From contig CAVXAH010000001.1 in NCBI GenBank assembly GCA_963759775.1, positions 528,682 through 592,681 of the forward strand: 64,000 nucleotides of DNA, given 5' to 3'. Under the pieces are notes generated by a model, which saw only the letters and a list, made by a program, of their open reading frames with translations, was not told the DNA's origin and ran no database searches. The stretch comes from an uncultured bacterium. GTDB taxonomy: Bacteria; Patescibacteriota; Minisyncoccia; Phycocordibacterales; Phycocordibacteraceae. Shown piece after piece: positions 12,201-20,596 of this stretch; the stretch's first letter is position 1; each line of letters opens with the position of its first letter. Both the position numbers and the translations under genes were made by a program.

Positions 12201-15200
12201 TTACCAACTTTGATGTGGTCGGTTCAACCGGTTCGGTCATCATTGATAACGCAGGGAACACAGGTTCTTTAACAATAGAAGGAACAAACCTAGATATCAA
12301 CTCTCTTGATTTTGTCGGTGCTGGAGCATTCACGACCGGATCAAATGGAAATCTTACGCTGACGCCACATGGTTCAGGTGACGTCATTATCAGCGTTGAC
12401 GCAAACACAAACGTTCAGCTCACTGGCGGCGCAGATGGTGCAAATGCACTCACGGTTGCGGCGGGTGACGTGGTGTTTTCTGACGGCGACTTTACACTTC
12501 TCAGTGGCGACTTTGATGTAACGCTTGATAATGGTGACGGTGCTGGAATAACTTCCGGCTCTGCCGCAACAGCGGACCTTCTCACTCTCGCCGTGACTGG
12601 TGTTGGCTCTGACGGACTCCAAATTAATGCAACACAGCTAGATGATGCGGACGCGACCGATACAACGCGTGCACTGCAGATTTCTGTCACCTCAAATTCA
12701 GGAGACGCAGACACGGTGTATGGAATCACCATAGACAATCTCACGGGGGGCACCGCGAATGAAACTGCACTTTCTATTGGTACGGGTTGGGATACCGGCA
12801 TTATCGTTGGTTCTGGCGGGGTAACTATTTCCTCAGGCGCACTTGCGGTCAATTCAGGCTCTATCACTTCCTCTAGTGGTTCAGGTCTTACCATCAACCC
12901 GATTGATTTCCTGTATCTTGCCTCAGGAGACTCACTCCAGCTTCAGGGTTCGGGCAATTTCTTACTCGGCACGGGTCGTCTAGACACCTCAGCGGGAGCA
13001 ACCCTTAACATTGGTACGACAAACGCTACGGCGATTACGTTTGGCAACGCATCAACTGAGAATTTAATAGTTACGACAAATGGCACCGGTGACTCGGAAG
13101 TACAGCTTCCAACAGGCTCAATAGGTTCAGGAGAAATTGCAAACGGTTCCATTACGCAACTAGACATCGCCGACGACTCTCTTGATTGGGAAGACTTTAA
13201 AGATGCCATGACACTTGATGCGGCAAGCACCATCACCTCTTCCTCAATAAACGGAACATCGCTTTCGCTGAATGTGTCTCCGGACGGTTCCGCTGGTGCT
13301 CCCATTGCATTTCAGGTTACGCCTACCTGGGGTGTAGACACCACCGACCAAACATTTGTTGGTATCAATATTAATCCAAGTACCAATTCAAATACCGACA
13401 GTGGCGATACTCTTATTGGTCTTCAAATCGCGGGTGTGACCGGTACGGTTGGCACAGAAACGGCGCTTCTTATTGGAAGCGGTTGGGACACTTCTATAAG
13501 TGCGGCAGGGAAGGTGGATGTGGGAGGAATTATTGAAGCAGGTTCAAGCAATATTACACTCACTAACAGCACCGGTCAGATTGTTGCGGGCGCATACGCG
13601 AGCCAATCTATTGATGGCGACGACATTGCGGCGTCTATTGCCGGAAGCGGTCTCATTTTGAACACGGCAACGACGCCGGATCAAATTGACATTGATCTTA
13701 TCAACATCGCAGACGCAACGGGTGTCTCAAGTTCAAACTCAGGACTTGAGTTTGGTGGTACTGCAAATGAACAATTAGGACTCCTGCGTGGCTGTGGCGA
13801 CGGACAGCTCCTCAAATGGGTATCGGCCACCTCCGAATGGCAGTGTTCGACCGACGTTTCTGCGGGTACACCGGCATTGAACCAGATTTCTGCCGCACTC
13901 ACCGAAGGTACACCACAAGACTCAAACGAAAACACCGTTCGATGGAACTGGGACTTTACCGGAGGTGGCGCAGCGGATGACTCCGGACTTGTTATTTCAG
14001 AATCCACGGCCTCAACGGCGGGTGAGCAGGATAAGAAATCTTTGTTGGAGATTATTACGCTCGCGGGGTCGCTCGCTTCGCCACTTCAGGTGACCGCAGG
14101 CGGAACAGACGTGGGCGACATATGGTTTGACCTTCAAGGAACCGCTGATTTTGAAATCCGAGAAAACGGTCGCGCACTCGCACGCTTCAACGATGATGCA
14201 AGTATTTATCTTGGAGAAGCAACCACAACATCCTTGATTGATATTGGTGGATCAGCCTCAGACACTATATATATAGCAACCAGTACCGCCGCAGGGGATA
14301 CCGTGGTTATTGGCAACAACCACAGCGCTACCACACTCGTGCTTGATGCGGGTACCGGTGCAAGTGCGATTCAGCTTGGGAACAGTGCCACAGCACACGG
14401 TATTAAGATTGGCACGGGAGCAGCGGCACAAACGGTCACTCTTGGATCCCAAAACTCCACTTCCTCCACAACTATTCAGTCTGGGACCGGCGATCTGTTT
14501 GTGGTTTCAACAGATCAGCTCACGGTGGATGCTGTCGGCATCCTTGAGCTCAATTCCTCTGGTGGCGTAATCTCCATCGGAAACGACGCTGTTGCTCAAA
14601 ACATCAACATTGGAACTGGCGCTGCGGCAAGAACTATCACGGTCGGTAATGGTACTGGCGCCACTGGGTTACGACTTAACACGGGTACGGGTGGTCTCAT
14701 TGCAAACACCCTCACAGGAGGATTTATCTTTACTACCTCATCTACCACCGCACAGGCGATTAATATAGATGTAACAGGTACCGGTGGGGGAATAGATATT
14801 GATACGACCGACGGCGCCTTCTCCCTAACTACGGGCGGAGCAACGAACGGCGACATCAACTTCTTGGCAGGAGACGTGTTTGACATTGACTCTGTTGATT
14901 CACTTTCCCTTAACGCTTCAGCGGGAGTGATAAACATTGGTGATGACGTTGTTTCGCAGGCAATAAATATCGGTACCGGTGGCAGTCGCAGCATTCTCAT
15001 TGGTAATACGACGCCAAATACAGCAATCACTCTTAACTCAGGTGGAGCGGGGGACATTGCCGCAAACTCAGCAGCAACACTCACTTTGGATTCAGTAGGA
15101 GTTCTTGAACTCAATTCCTCGGGAGGAATAATTTCAATAGGAAATGATAACGTCAATCAAAATATCCGTATTGGCACCGCCGGCAACCGCACCATCACTC

Positions 15201-17350
15201 TTGGCGTCACTGGCGGCTCAACCGCACTAAGCCTTATTTCCGGCACGGGTGATATCACTCTCTCTTCCGATGACGATGTCACCATTAACGGAGCGGGAGC
15301 AACGGCAGTTATTGGCATTGGTACGGCATCGGTTGCCCAAACCATTAATATTGGAAATGTAACAGGAGCTACTCTGGTCAACATTGATGCGGGAACGGGC
15401 GGCATCACGCTGGATTCAACCGGTGTTGGCGATATTTTGCTCAATTCTTCGGACACGATTCTCATGGACTCCGCAAACGCGCTCTCCATCAACTCCTCTG
15501 GTGGAGTGATCTCCATCGGCAACAACGCCGTCAACCAAAACATCAACCTCGGCACCGCCGGCAACCGCACCATCACTCTTGGCGTCACTGGCGGCTCAAC
15601 CGGTCTCGCTCTTAACGCAGGTACGGGCAATATCGCACTCACTACCTCCTCAACCGGAGACATCACCCTCAACTCCACGGACACAGTGTTGATCGACTCT
15701 GCTGGTGTCTTGCAGCTCAACTCCTCTGGTGGAGTGATCTCCATCGGCAACAACGCCGTCAACCAAAACATCCAAATCGGCACCGCCGGCAACCGCACCA
15801 TCACTCTTGGCGTCACTGGCGGCTCAACCGGTCTCGCTCTTAACGCAGGTACGTCCGACATCACTCTTTCCTCAGACGACGACATCTCTATTAACGGGGG
15901 TGGAGCAAGTGCCGCCATTGACATTGGAACCATTGGAACCGCTCACACCATCACCCTCGGCAACTCCACGGGCGCCACCTCGCTCGCGCTTAACACCGGC
16001 ACCGGTCTTCTCACTGTCGGCGCAAACGCCATCGCCCACACCATCGTGATCGGCAACAAAACGGGCGACTCCTCAGTCCTCATTGATTCAGGGACCGGCA
16101 ACATTGATATTGGTACCTCAACGGCGAAGACTATTCGCGTGGGAAATGCGACAGGTGCAACAGCTCTGATACTTGCCGCAGGTACCGGCGATCTCGCCCT
16201 CACCTCAACCGACCTCCTCACTCTTGATTCCGCAAACGCGCTCTCTATCAACTCCTCCGCTGGCGTGATCTCCATCGGCAACAACGCCGTCAACCAAAAC
16301 ATCCAAATCGGCACCGCCGGCAACCGCACCATCACTCTTGGCGTCACTGGCGGCTCAACCGGTCTCGCTCTTAACGCAGGTACGTCCGACATCACTCTTT
16401 CCTCAGACGACGACATCTCTATTAACGGGGGTGGAGCAAGTGCCGCCATTGACATTGGAACCATTGGAACCGCTCACACCATCACCCTCGGCAACTCCAC
16501 GGGCGCCACCTCGCTCGCGCTTAACACCGGCACCGGTCTTCTCACTGTCGGCGCAAACGCCATCGCCCACACCATCGTGATCGGCAACAAAACGGGCGCC
16601 TCCTCAGTCCTCATTGATTCAGGGACCGGCAACATTGATATTGGTACCTCAACGGCGAAGACTATTCGCGTGGGAAATGCGACAGGTGCAACAGCTCTGA
16701 TACTTGCCGCAGGTACCGGCGATCTCGCCCTCACCTCAACCGACCTCCTCACTCTTGATTCCGCAAACGCGCTCTCTATCAACTCCTCCGCTGGCGTGAT
16801 CTCCATCGGCAACAACGCCGTCAACCAAAACATCCAAATCGGCACCGCCGGCAACCGCACCATCACTCTTGGCGTCACTGGCGGCTCAACCGGTCTCGCG
16901 TTGAATGCAGGATCAGGCAATGCTGTTGTTACGAGCGCAACCATAAACCTTGCCGCCAGCGCAAATCTCCAGATAAATGGAGCAAACGGTGCAACCGCGA
17001 GTTGTTCCGGAACACTCTCTTCAACCATTACTACCACAAAAGGAATGGTCACCACCCACGCATGTACTTCAGACCAGCGGCTGAAGTCGAATTTTGGTGA
17101 GTTTAGCAATGTCCTAAATCGAATACAAGATATTCGAGGTGGTACATTTTATTACAACGACCTGTATCGTCAGTTGAGCGGGGACACGGAGAATTTTGAC
17201 ATACACTCAGGCTTTTTAGCGCAAGAGGTTCAGAGAACTTTTCCTGAGCTTACAAAAAGTTCAAGTATCACGGAATTATTGCGTTCGCGGAAGATGGGGT
17301 TACGCCGCACACAATTGGATTATCCAAAATTGCTCGTGGCCATTGCCTAG
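3287..17350 (+). CDS. giant secreted Gly/Thr/Ser-rich repeat protein (~4,687 aa) with C-terminal tail-fibre/peptidase S74-like intramolecular chaperone domain
   Basis: The frame is uninterrupted for 14.06 kb. GTG 3287 gives [41 protein letters not shown]|AVG, a signal or anchor. It contains many internal repeat modules. The C-terminus reads SDQRLKSNF...[14 protein letters not shown]...[10 protein letters not shown]. The track start TTG 3155 was rejected (see notes). Confidence 0.85.
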   Translation: MNKNVLTSAALSVRTGVLLTRFFALALAVFSVLFPYGAVHAAVGVPEIINTQGRLLDSNGNLLGGTGTNFCFRFALYDDATVGAPDSKVWPAGTPSTMSVSVKNGVFNAGVGDTAAGGDTLDYNFQDNDAVYLSIEVAAQISGSCTGVTFETLSPRQRVVSSGFAINASTVGGFTPSQTPSGSNIPVLSSGHLTLSGTNPQFNASGSNTLTLQGGGGTGAVQFFSSSNSLTSAGALTIAGALTANGSATSTFAGGISLSSGNINLASTFAYLINNLRILDATTLGSSVVNSSLTSVGALNAGSITSGFGAIDTGADNITTTGLGTFGNLLATGSSTFQNFTAVNATTSQATTTNLAISSIVSSLLKTNASGAVVPAIAGTDYATSAVTAIGPLGQTADGPTVTLASSTSVTNGLTSAIAVTGSGDTLTFTPSLSGTLTVPGGGTGSTTLSGILRGNGTSAVQTLLIGTGLTFDGTTLSSTGGGGGSGNVSTSSVPTVGNLAYWTGNGTPSTLGDVATTTLSGTGAVNVSNSPIIIGTSPAVISLGTVPVSNGGTGNAILTANTVLLGNGTGAIATTSAGTNGQTLALVNGVPTWTATTTAGTGLSYSGGSFNVNTSQNIATLSNLTTNGFVKTVGGNGTLTVDTSTYLTGNETITLSGDVSGSGTTAISTTLATVNANTGSFGSSTLIPSFTVNAKGLITAASTNAVIAPAGTLTGTSLASNVVSSSLTSVGTISSGTWNASTVSVPYGGTGNTTFTTNGLLYGNGTSAISATAAGDPGELIVANASSVPVFRTLSGDATLSSAGALTLANSGVTASTYGSASQVPVITVDAKGRATGITNTAIAINANQITSGTLPVANGGTGNTTLTSNAVLLGNGTSAITTTSPGTNGQVLALVNGTPTWTATSSINNGVTSLTQNGGGSPQTGALTIATSSDTNLLLNVTNSGSTFTFTPAWSGILAVSRGGTGAATFTTNGVLYGNGGSTLSVTSVGSGGQVLIANGSGIPTFTSFSGDATVGSGGSLSISADAVALGTDTTGNYIASITAGAGLTGDTASEAAVAALAVGAGDGIIVGADSITIDSITSGVTVISSANSGLEVTSGGLRLLGGCDDNDILKWNSSSQVWACDTDEEGSSSGNVSTSTTPNIGDLAYWTGNGTPSTLGTVATSSLTAGSEFSYSGTLGAFVGGSSGTLSLATNGISLTKLAQIAANSILGNTTGVTGNVTAISTSTLGIALSDTTGTLSASRGGTGSTTLSGILRGNGTSAIQTLVVGSGLLFDGTTLSTTGGGGSGNVSTSSVPTVGNLAYWTGNGTPSTLGDVATTTLSTSGALSLSANPIVIGSSPITLSLGTVPVANGGTGSTTLTGLLKGNGTGAVQSAVSGTDYQAPGAYITALTGDVTASGPGSAAATLASTGVTATSYGSSTAIPSFTVDAKGRLTTASTNAVIAPAGTLTGTSLASNVVTSSLTAVGTLTSGTWNAGTIGVAYGGTGNSSLTTNGILYGNGTSAVGATAPGDPGELIVANASSVPVFRTLSGDATLASSGSLTLANSGATPGIYGSASLVPVLTVDSKGRITSITTATVSGGGGGGGTGNVATSTTETAGFLAYWTSTGASPATLGKVATTTLTGTGAVSVSNAPLIIGSTPAVISLGTVPVSNGGTGSTTLASSQLLYGSGTNAVQSVATTTITASSPLSFGSDPVVIGTSPYTLSLGTVGIANGGTGLTAVPTNGQLLIGNGTDYTLATLTAGNGTAVTNGSGTIGLAVQLLDAADGIGNTSSRSGLEFGDIGNNELTLIQGCGDGEVLKFFTSSKAWECSTDTGASQNTFLNVIADDATTAVADATTDTLQLFGGNGVSTVGDASNDRITFNLGNLTSNWDQSGAFSLRLLNAGSNLVIQENGGGSDTATIDVAALSGNRTYTFEGNSGNILTDQNASGFLDSTYVNFAEAPSAGDITGSFSGGLFVGANTVALSTDTTGDYVTSITAGNGLGGTGLTGEGSTPTLSVNVGDGLQLSSDAVNFALHTTGPGLQADGNGLSLIRTCGDGELLKYTAASGWTCGSDAGAGSSPFATAGGLITKSTASDRLELQYGTPGDIQFKITNVTASNDSAPTADAMQILLTGDAEADAITTGGVDGLYINALFGAVTGDNVALLHLDLDTATTSSPSGTFDAIRIDAIPGSGAQETAIEIGSGWDNILDTGSVDITGTGNISGVNDLTVVGTVKLTGAAYANCKGTAANQGALTVAADGTVECTADDGGTGTSWSSLTNPSGNLALVHNENKTTFTWDTVDTTVSPFDGITFAINNDASVDAQTQRIVVIKNNLVSAGGTIERLLVLDNADGGTVPTALEIGGFGAITTAIDVSSSTIGTAIAFGANDIIGTNFSVTGGTGNVITSGDIAVNGGDITSTSDLTLDAQDGTPTIFIASGDNLQLQSTGNILLGTGRLDVASAGNLNIGITTATAVVIGNGSGDSSVQLPSQSVGSTEIVDNAIGQADITDDSLDFADFQDALDLDANTTLLSTLTGIGLDYALSPTGAGTTTAWEITPTIASGVSQELRGIHIDPVTTNGNAGDFIQGILIDNITGTASVDTGIHIGTGWDTGILVDGGGVTISAGALAVNSDSITSDGTLLIDSSGIVRLGSNDNLELQGSGNLLIAGASGRLDVNSLATLNIGTTNATAVVIGNGANTTSVTITTTAAGNTALVVPDQSIGNAEIALDTLDYAQFDDSLDLDANTTLAFAGFNLTHNLNSTGDFLIQDAGTIFAQFLDDGTITFGKASGAGTINVGVGTAIDTINIGTDATASDVVRIGSSNADLALTDAQWSITTSGLITTADDIAVNGGDITTTASTGNIFNANAATVNIAGAATLFNLADSTTVKTIDIGGVTADGTDTINIATNGTSNSDTVTIGNSNGGTSVAITGGDAWGISATGVLTLSTDASPTTAILAVDSGYTNFADIADNHIIGTTPNLDFTNFDVVGSTGSVIIDNAGNTGSLTIEGTNLDINSLDFVGAGAFTTGSNGNLTLTPHGSGDVIISVDANTNVQLTGGADGANALTVAAGDVVFSDGDFTLLSGDFDVTLDNGDGAGITSGSAATADLLTLAVTGVGSDGLQINATQLDDADATDTTRALQISVTSNSGDADTVYGITIDNLTGGTANETALSIGTGWDTGIIVGSGGVTISSGALAVNSGSITSSSGSGLTINPIDFLYLASGDSLQLQGSGNFLLGTGRLDTSAGATLNIGTTNATAITFGNASTENLIVTTNGTGDSEVQLPTGSIGSGEIANGSITQLDIADDSLDWEDFKDAMTLDAASTITSSSINGTSLSLNVSPDGSAGAPIAFQVTPTWGVDTTDQTFVGININPSTNSNTDSGDTLIGLQIAGVTGTVGTETALLIGSGWDTSISAAGKVDVGGIIEAGSSNITLTNSTGQIVAGAYASQSIDGDDIAASIAGSGLILNTATTPDQIDIDLINIADATGVSSSNSGLEFGGTANEQLGLLRGCGDGQLLKWVSATSEWQCSTDVSAGTPALNQISAALTEGTPQDSNENTVRWNWDFTGGGAADDSGLVISESTASTAGEQDKKSLLEIITLAGSLASPLQVTAGGTDVGDIWFDLQGTADFEIRENGRALARFNDDASIYLGEATTTSLIDIGGSASDTIYIATSTAAGDTVVIGNNHSATTLVLDAGTGASAIQLGNSATAHGIKIGTGAAAQTVTLGSQNSTSSTTIQSGTGDLFVVSTDQLTVDAVGILELNSSGGVISIGNDAVAQNINIGTGAAARTITVGNGTGATGLRLNTGTGGLIANTLTGGFIFTTSSTTAQAINIDVTGTGGGIDIDTTDGAFSLTTGGATNGDINFLAGDVFDIDSVDSLSLNASAGVINIGDDVVSQAINIGTGGSRSILIGNTTPNTAITLNSGGAGDIAANSAATLTLDSVGVLELNSSGGIISIGNDNVNQNIRIGTAGNRTITLGVTGGSTALSLISGTGDITLSSDDDVTINGAGATAVIGIGTASVAQTINIGNVTGATLVNIDAGTGGITLDSTGVGDILLNSSDTILMDSANALSINSSGGVISIGNNAVNQNINLGTAGNRTITLGVTGGSTGLALNAGTGNIALTTSSTGDITLNSTDTVLIDSAGVLQLNSSGGVISIGNNAVNQNIQIGTAGNRTITLGVTGGSTGLALNAGTSDITLSSDDDISINGGGASAAIDIGTIGTAHTITLGNSTGATSLALNTGTGLLTVGANAIAHTIVIGNKTGDSSVLIDSGTGNIDIGTSTAKTIRVGNATGATALILAAGTGDLALTSTDLLTLDSANALSINSSAGVISIGNNAVNQNIQIGTAGNRTITLGVTGGSTGLALNAGTSDITLSSDDDISINGGGASAAIDIGTIGTAHTITLGNSTGATSLALNTGTGLLTVGANAIAHTIVIGNKTGASSVLIDSGTGNIDIGTSTAKTIRVGNATGATALILAAGTGDLALTSTDLLTLDSANALSINSSAGVISIGNNAVNQNIQIGTAGNRTITLGVTGGSTGLALNAGSGNAVVTSATINLAASANLQINGANGATASCSGTLSSTITTTKGMVTTHACTSDQRLKSNFGEFSNVLNRIQDIRGGTFYYNDLYRQLSGDTENFDIHSGFLAQEVQRTFPELTKSSSITELLRSRKMGLRRTQLDYPKLLVAIA
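15488..16889 (+). repeat. in-frame tandem repeats inside the giant gene (228-nt older unit, then 531-nt unit x2.2 at near-identity)
   Basis: The unit starts atcaactcc at 15488, 16247 and 16778 (equivalent position 15716 in the first 531-nt copy, which begins ctcaactcc). Positions 15738-16246 and 16269-16777 differ at one base (a16068 vs c16599). 16778-16889 repeats the first 112 nt. Confidence 0.9.
17069..17347 (+). other. peptidase S74-like / intramolecular chaperone auto-processing domain (domain of the giant CDS)
   Basis: S-D-x-R-L-K-x-N, then GFLAQEV..FPEL, then DY.KL. These are the hallmark motifs of the endosialidase and tail-fibre C-terminal chaperone domain. Confidence 0.6.
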
Positions 17351-17692
17351 GCATCCAAGGAGACTCGAATGCAAAAAGTAAATACGCCACCCAAGTCCTC
17401 GACTCACCGCCTTGGTGTCGCATTGAATCTCGTCACATGCGCTTGGCTCTGTTCAGTCCCATATCTCCGCATTGAGTCAAAGGTAAATGCTCGAGCAACA
17501 GTTCACGACGAAAGGACTTACCGTGAACGGCGCGACGACACTCAATGGCACGGTCTCTTTTAAGGGGCAGTCTCTTTTGCAAAACAAGTAGAATTCCTCG
17601 TCGCACCGACCTTTAACAAAGACACGGGCGGATTTGCGGTTGTTCAAGAAGGAGACCAGGAAGTACGCATTTCATTCTCCGAGCCGTATGCC
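17351..17692 (+). pseudogene. frame-broken linker between the giant ORF and the 17564-18199 ORF
   Basis: There is no long ORF here, but protein-like pieces appear in several forward frames. One is LTVNGATTLNGTVSFKGQSLLQNK (17517-17588). It continues in another frame as VEFLVAPTFNKDTGGFAVVQEGDQEVRISF (from 17588). Confidence 0.4.
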
Positions 17693-18199
17693 GTGCAGCC
17701 AGTCGTAACAGCTTCTATGACCTTTGAGGAGGGCGACTTGGTGGCGAGCGCAGACGCCGATGTCCTTTTCGCCTCCGATATTCGCTACTTAGTGATGAAG
17801 AAAGATTCAACCGGCTTCACTATCCGCCTCAACAAAGCTGCTCCAAGAGACATTCGATTCTCCTGGGTTGCACTTGCTATTAAAGACGCAAACGTCTCGT
17901 GGAGCCTTCACGAAGGACTTTCTCCCGTCATACCTCCAGCAAACCCAACATCGCCACCAGCTCCAGAGCTGACCCCAGAACCCACACCAATAGATGAGCC
18001 AACACCTCCTCCCGCAGAAGAACCCGTCGCGACAAGTACGCCACCAATGAGCGAGCCCGAACCGGAACCCGCTCCAGAGCCTGCACCCGAACCAACTCCT
18101 GAACCTGAACCAACTCCTGAACCTGCGCCCGAGCCAGCACCGGAACAAACTCCAGAACCAACTCCAGAACCTGAGCCAGCTCCAGAGCCAGCGCCGTAA
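17693..18199 (+). CDS. C-terminal beta-domain plus Pro/Glu/Ala/Thr-rich tail; probably the displaced C-terminus of the giant protein
   Basis: The frame is open from 17564 and is the same phase as the giant ORF. ...GFTIRLNKAAPRDIRFSWVALAIKD is followed by about 80 aa of PEP/PAP/PTP repeats. There is no credible start or RBS of its own (GTG 17693 only). Confidence 0.5.
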   Translation: MQPVVTASMTFEEGDLVASADADVLFASDIRYLVMKKDSTGFTIRLNKAAPRDIRFSWVALAIKDANVSWSLHEGLSPVIPPANPTSPPAPELTPEPTPIDEPTPPPAEEPVATSTPPMSEPEPEPAPEPAPEPTPEPEPTPEPAPEPAPEQTPEPTPEPEPAPEPAP

Positions 18200-18205
18200 T
18201 CGCGT

Positions 18206-18547
18206 ATGAAATTAACTTCATTGCACGTCGCTTACACCGCAGGACTTATCGCGGCACTCGTCATCGTTGGTCTCGGATGGTTTTGGTTTTCTACTTCCCA
18301 TGAAGACGAGACCGCGCGCGTTGCGCGCGCGGTCGCAGAGCTCGCAATCGTCCCCGATGAGATTCCCATCATTACGACCGTTACTGACCCCACAAAACTC
18401 GCCGACACCCCACTCGCAGGCGAAGCAAAGGTGGGGGACAAGGTACTTTTCTACCAAAACGCCAAACGTCTGATCCTCTACCGTCCTTCCGAGAATCGCA
18501 TTGTTGATATTGTGCCTTTTAAAATTGGCGTAACGCCCTCGCCATGA
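18206..18547 (+). CDS. hypothetical N-terminally membrane-anchored protein
   Basis: 113 aa with a single TM (AYTAGLIAALVIVGLGWFWF). It starts 6 nt after the previous stop. I recognise no domain. Confidence 0.55.
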   Translation: MKLTSLHVAYTAGLIAALVIVGLGWFWFSTSHEDETARVARAVAELAIVPDEIPIITTVTDPTKLADTPLAGEAKVGDKVLFYQNAKRLILYRPSENRIVDIVPFKIGVTPSP

Positions 18548-18566
18548 CGTATCAGCATCTTTCCCC

Positions 18567-18593
18567 AATTAACGAGGTCCGACCTCGTTAATT
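18567..18593. repeat. REP-like palindrome, copy A (3' flank of RAYT gene)
   Basis: aattaacgaggtc-c-gacctcgttaatt has perfect 13-nt arms. The central base is inverted relative to copies B and C. Confidence 0.8.
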
Positions 18594-18597
18594 TACG

Positions 18598-19230
18598 CTA
18601 GTCTTCAATTTCTTTTTGGAGCCACTCAAAGCCTTCAAAATCTTTTCTATATTCTCTTGGTCCACCAAAAAAATCAAGAAAGAAACTTTTATTTACGAAA
18701 GGATACATATTAGTTCCGAGTACGTAATCACGGTAACTACTCCACGGATAATCCTCCAGTTTTTCTCCGCGCGCGAGTGCATCAATCGGGTTTTTATGGA
18801 TGTAGTGGGGGATATACATAAACTGCGCATCCCGCTCAATCAATACCGCTTTAAACTTTCCTTGGAAAAGAGGTCCCACGCGTTCGTTCTTCTTGTTGAA
18901 ATACATGGTGTACCCGGTACATACTTTTTGCATAAATTTAGAAATCCCACCCTCTTCTATTTGACGTAACAGTAAATGGAAATGATTCGACATTAGAGCG
19001 AAGGCCAAAATTTCTACAAGCTCTTTTTCATAACGAGGTCGGACCTCGTTAATTTCCTTATTGAGCAGATAAGTAGTGTTGTTCGCCGCGTTGGACGTAT
19101 TAAATGTCTCAAGCGAATTGACGAAACGAGCATACTCTTTCGGTGTTTGGAATATAAAACGTTTTTCAACTCCACGATTGAAAACATGATAGATTTCTCC
19201 CGCAACGAGCGAAGGTTTCTGCATATACAC
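18598..19230 (-). CDS. REP-associated tyrosine transposase (RAYT, IS200/Y1-like)
   Basis: 210 aa. The motifs are YHVFNRG, LMSNHFHLLL (HUH) and YIHKNP (catalytic Tyr helix). Confidence 0.75.
   Translation of the reverse strand: MYMQKPSLVAGEIYHVFNRGVEKRFIFQTPKEYARFVNSLETFNTSNAANNTTYLLNKEINEVRPRYEKELVEILAFALMSNHFHLLLRQIEEGGISKFMQKVCTGYTMYFNKKNERVGPLFQGKFKAVLIERDAQFMYIPHYIHKNPIDALARGEKLEDYPWSSYRDYVLGTNMYPFVNKSFFLDFFGGPREYRKDFEGFEWLQKEIED
19030..19053. repeat. REP-like palindrome, copy B (inside the RAYT coding sequence)
   Basis: ataacgaggtc-g-gacctcgttaat. On the coding strand it encodes ..INEVRPRYE.. in frame. Confidence 0.75.
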
Positions 19231-19235
19231 ATTCT

Positions 19236-19258
19236 ATAACGAGGTCGGACCTCGATAA
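19236..19258. repeat. REP-like palindrome, copy C (5' flank of RAYT gene)
   Basis: ataacgaggtc-g-gacctcgataa, located 6 nt upstream of the RAYT start codon. Confidence 0.75.
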
Positions 19259-19297
19259 AGGTTAGGGAAAGTGATGGTATGGTATTGAGAGCGGCGT

Positions 19298-20596
19298 ATG
19301 AGGCATTTCATTCTTATTTCAAGAGCATCGTTGCTCCTTTTCGGCATTCTTTTCTTTGGCGTACTGGCGCATGCGCAACAAGAAATGACCGGAACGAATT
19401 TTACGGTTTCAACGCCAGTTATCACGCAAGGCGGGGTTCGCTCCACCTCGGCAAGCTTTGAGCTCTATACCTCTCACGGCCAGCTCTCAAGTTCGGAGTC
19501 AACGAGCGCGAGTTTTATTGGTCGTGGCGGATTCCTCCATTTTCCCGTTGCCACAACACCCACTCTGTCAGCGACCGCGGGCGACCAACAAGTGATGCTT
19601 TCGTGGACCGCCTCGGTTGGTACGCTCGCGCGTATCAATGATTATCAAGTCGGTGTAGGAACGGTCTCTGGCGGACCTTATACCTTTCAGTCGGTAGGAG
19701 AAGTTCTCCTCTTCACTAAGAACGGCCTCACCAATGGAACGACGTATTATTTCGTGGTGCGCGGAATGGCGGGAACACTCGCTCTTTCAGAATCAAATCA
19801 GGTAAGCGCAACACCTTCTGGTGTAGCACCTCCTGGTGGTGGAGGCGGTGGTGGCGGAGGAGGAGGCGGTGGAGGTGGATCTGGCAGTATGAAAATTTCA
19901 GGTCTCGCGTCGCCCGGCGCATCCGTAACGCTTCTTAAAGATGGTTCAGTGGCCGCAACGACACCTGCCGACCCGAGCGCAAGTTGGTCAATTACGCTTA
20001 ATAATCTGAACGCGGGTATTTATTCTTTCAGCGCGTACGCCTCGGATACGACAGGACTCCAATCTTCTACGGTCAACTTTACGCAGTCCGTTACCTCTGA
20101 TGCTGAGACAGAGGTTACTAACATCTTTCTCTCTCCTACCATCGGCAAAAGCCACAAGCAGATTAAACAGGGTGAGACGATTACCTTCTTTGGTCTCACA
20201 GCGCCGCAGTCGGACGTCGCGCTCTTCGTTCACTCAGACCAGGAGTTTGTTGAGAAAATTAAAGCAGGAGTCAATGGTGCGTGGGTAAAAGCTTTTAACT
20301 CAGCATTCCTTGAGCTTGGCGACCACGCGGCACGGTCTCAAAGTTCGAAAACCAATCAGCTTTCAACCTACAGCCCCTCGGTTGCCTTCGTTGTGGGGAA
20401 CACTTCACTTCCAGAAGATGGTCTGTGCCGCCGCTCGGACCTTAACTGTGATGGAAAAGTAAACCTCACAGACTTCTCTATACTTCTTTTCTTTTGGGAC
20501 CAGACGAGCCCGGCGAACGCGCGCGCGGACATCAACATTTCCGGACGCGTTGATATTACTGACTTCTCTATACTCCTCTATGACTGGACCGGCTAA
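19298..20596 (+). CDS. secreted FN3 + Ig-like protein with C-terminal dockerin repeats
   Basis: Signal peptide MRHFILISRASLLLFGILFFGVLAHA|QQ. An FN3-like segment (LSATAGDQQVMLSW...TTYYFVV) is followed by a 14-Gly linker and two Ig-like segments. The C-terminus carries two dockerin repeats, DLNCDGKVNLTDFSILL and DINISGRVDITDFSILL. Confidence 0.7.
   Translation: MRHFILISRASLLLFGILFFGVLAHAQQEMTGTNFTVSTPVITQGGVRSTSASFELYTSHGQLSSSESTSASFIGRGGFLHFPVATTPTLSATAGDQQVMLSWTASVGTLARINDYQVGVGTVSGGPYTFQSVGEVLLFTKNGLTNGTTYYFVVRGMAGTLALSESNQVSATPSGVAPPGGGGGGGGGGGGGGGSGSMKISGLASPGASVTLLKDGSVAATTPADPSASWSITLNNLNAGIYSFSAYASDTTGLQSSTVNFTQSVTSDAETEVTNIFLSPTIGKSHKQIKQGETITFFGLTAPQSDVALFVHSDQEFVEKIKAGVNGAWVKAFNSAFLELGDHAARSQSSKTNQLSTYSPSVAFVVGNTSLPEDGLCRRSDLNCDGKVNLTDFSILLFFWDQTSPANARADINISGRVDITDFSILLYDWTG

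Noticed and set aside
15488-16889. The tandem repeats as a CRISPR array or as DGR template/variable repeats
   Set aside because: The units are 228/531 bp, contiguous and in frame, with no unique spacers. There is no reverse transcriptase or accessory gene in the window. The two long copies differ at one base only, which is not an adenine-specific mutation spectrum.
3661-17109. Many long minus-strand ORFs inside the giant gene (e.g. 4429-5739, 436 aa; 15157-15933; 16474-17109), plus plus-strand off-frame ORFs (e.g. the twin 80-aa ORFs at 15807 and 16338)
   Set aside because: They are mirror-image or off-frame artefacts of the GGN/ACN/NCC codon bias of the forward gene. They give Val/Pro/Glu/Ala-rich or Pro/Ser/Thr-rich nonsense, have no starts with RBS, and are fully nested in a strongly supported ORF. 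The twin ORFs simply reflect the 531-bp duplication.
17348-17563. Stop-codon readthrough or recoding (TAG 17348, TAA 17561) joining the three same-phase ORFs
   Set aside because: The in-phase text between the stops (ASKETRMQKVNTPPKSSTHRLGVALNLVTCAWLCSV...) is not protein-like, while clearly protein-like text sits in the other two frames. Compensating indels explain the zero net offset better.
19834-19878. The (GGN)14 tract in the dockerin protein as a phase-variable simple repeat
   Set aside because: The codons are mixed (ggt/gga/ggc), not a pure repeat, so slippage potential is low. It reads as a flexible linker.
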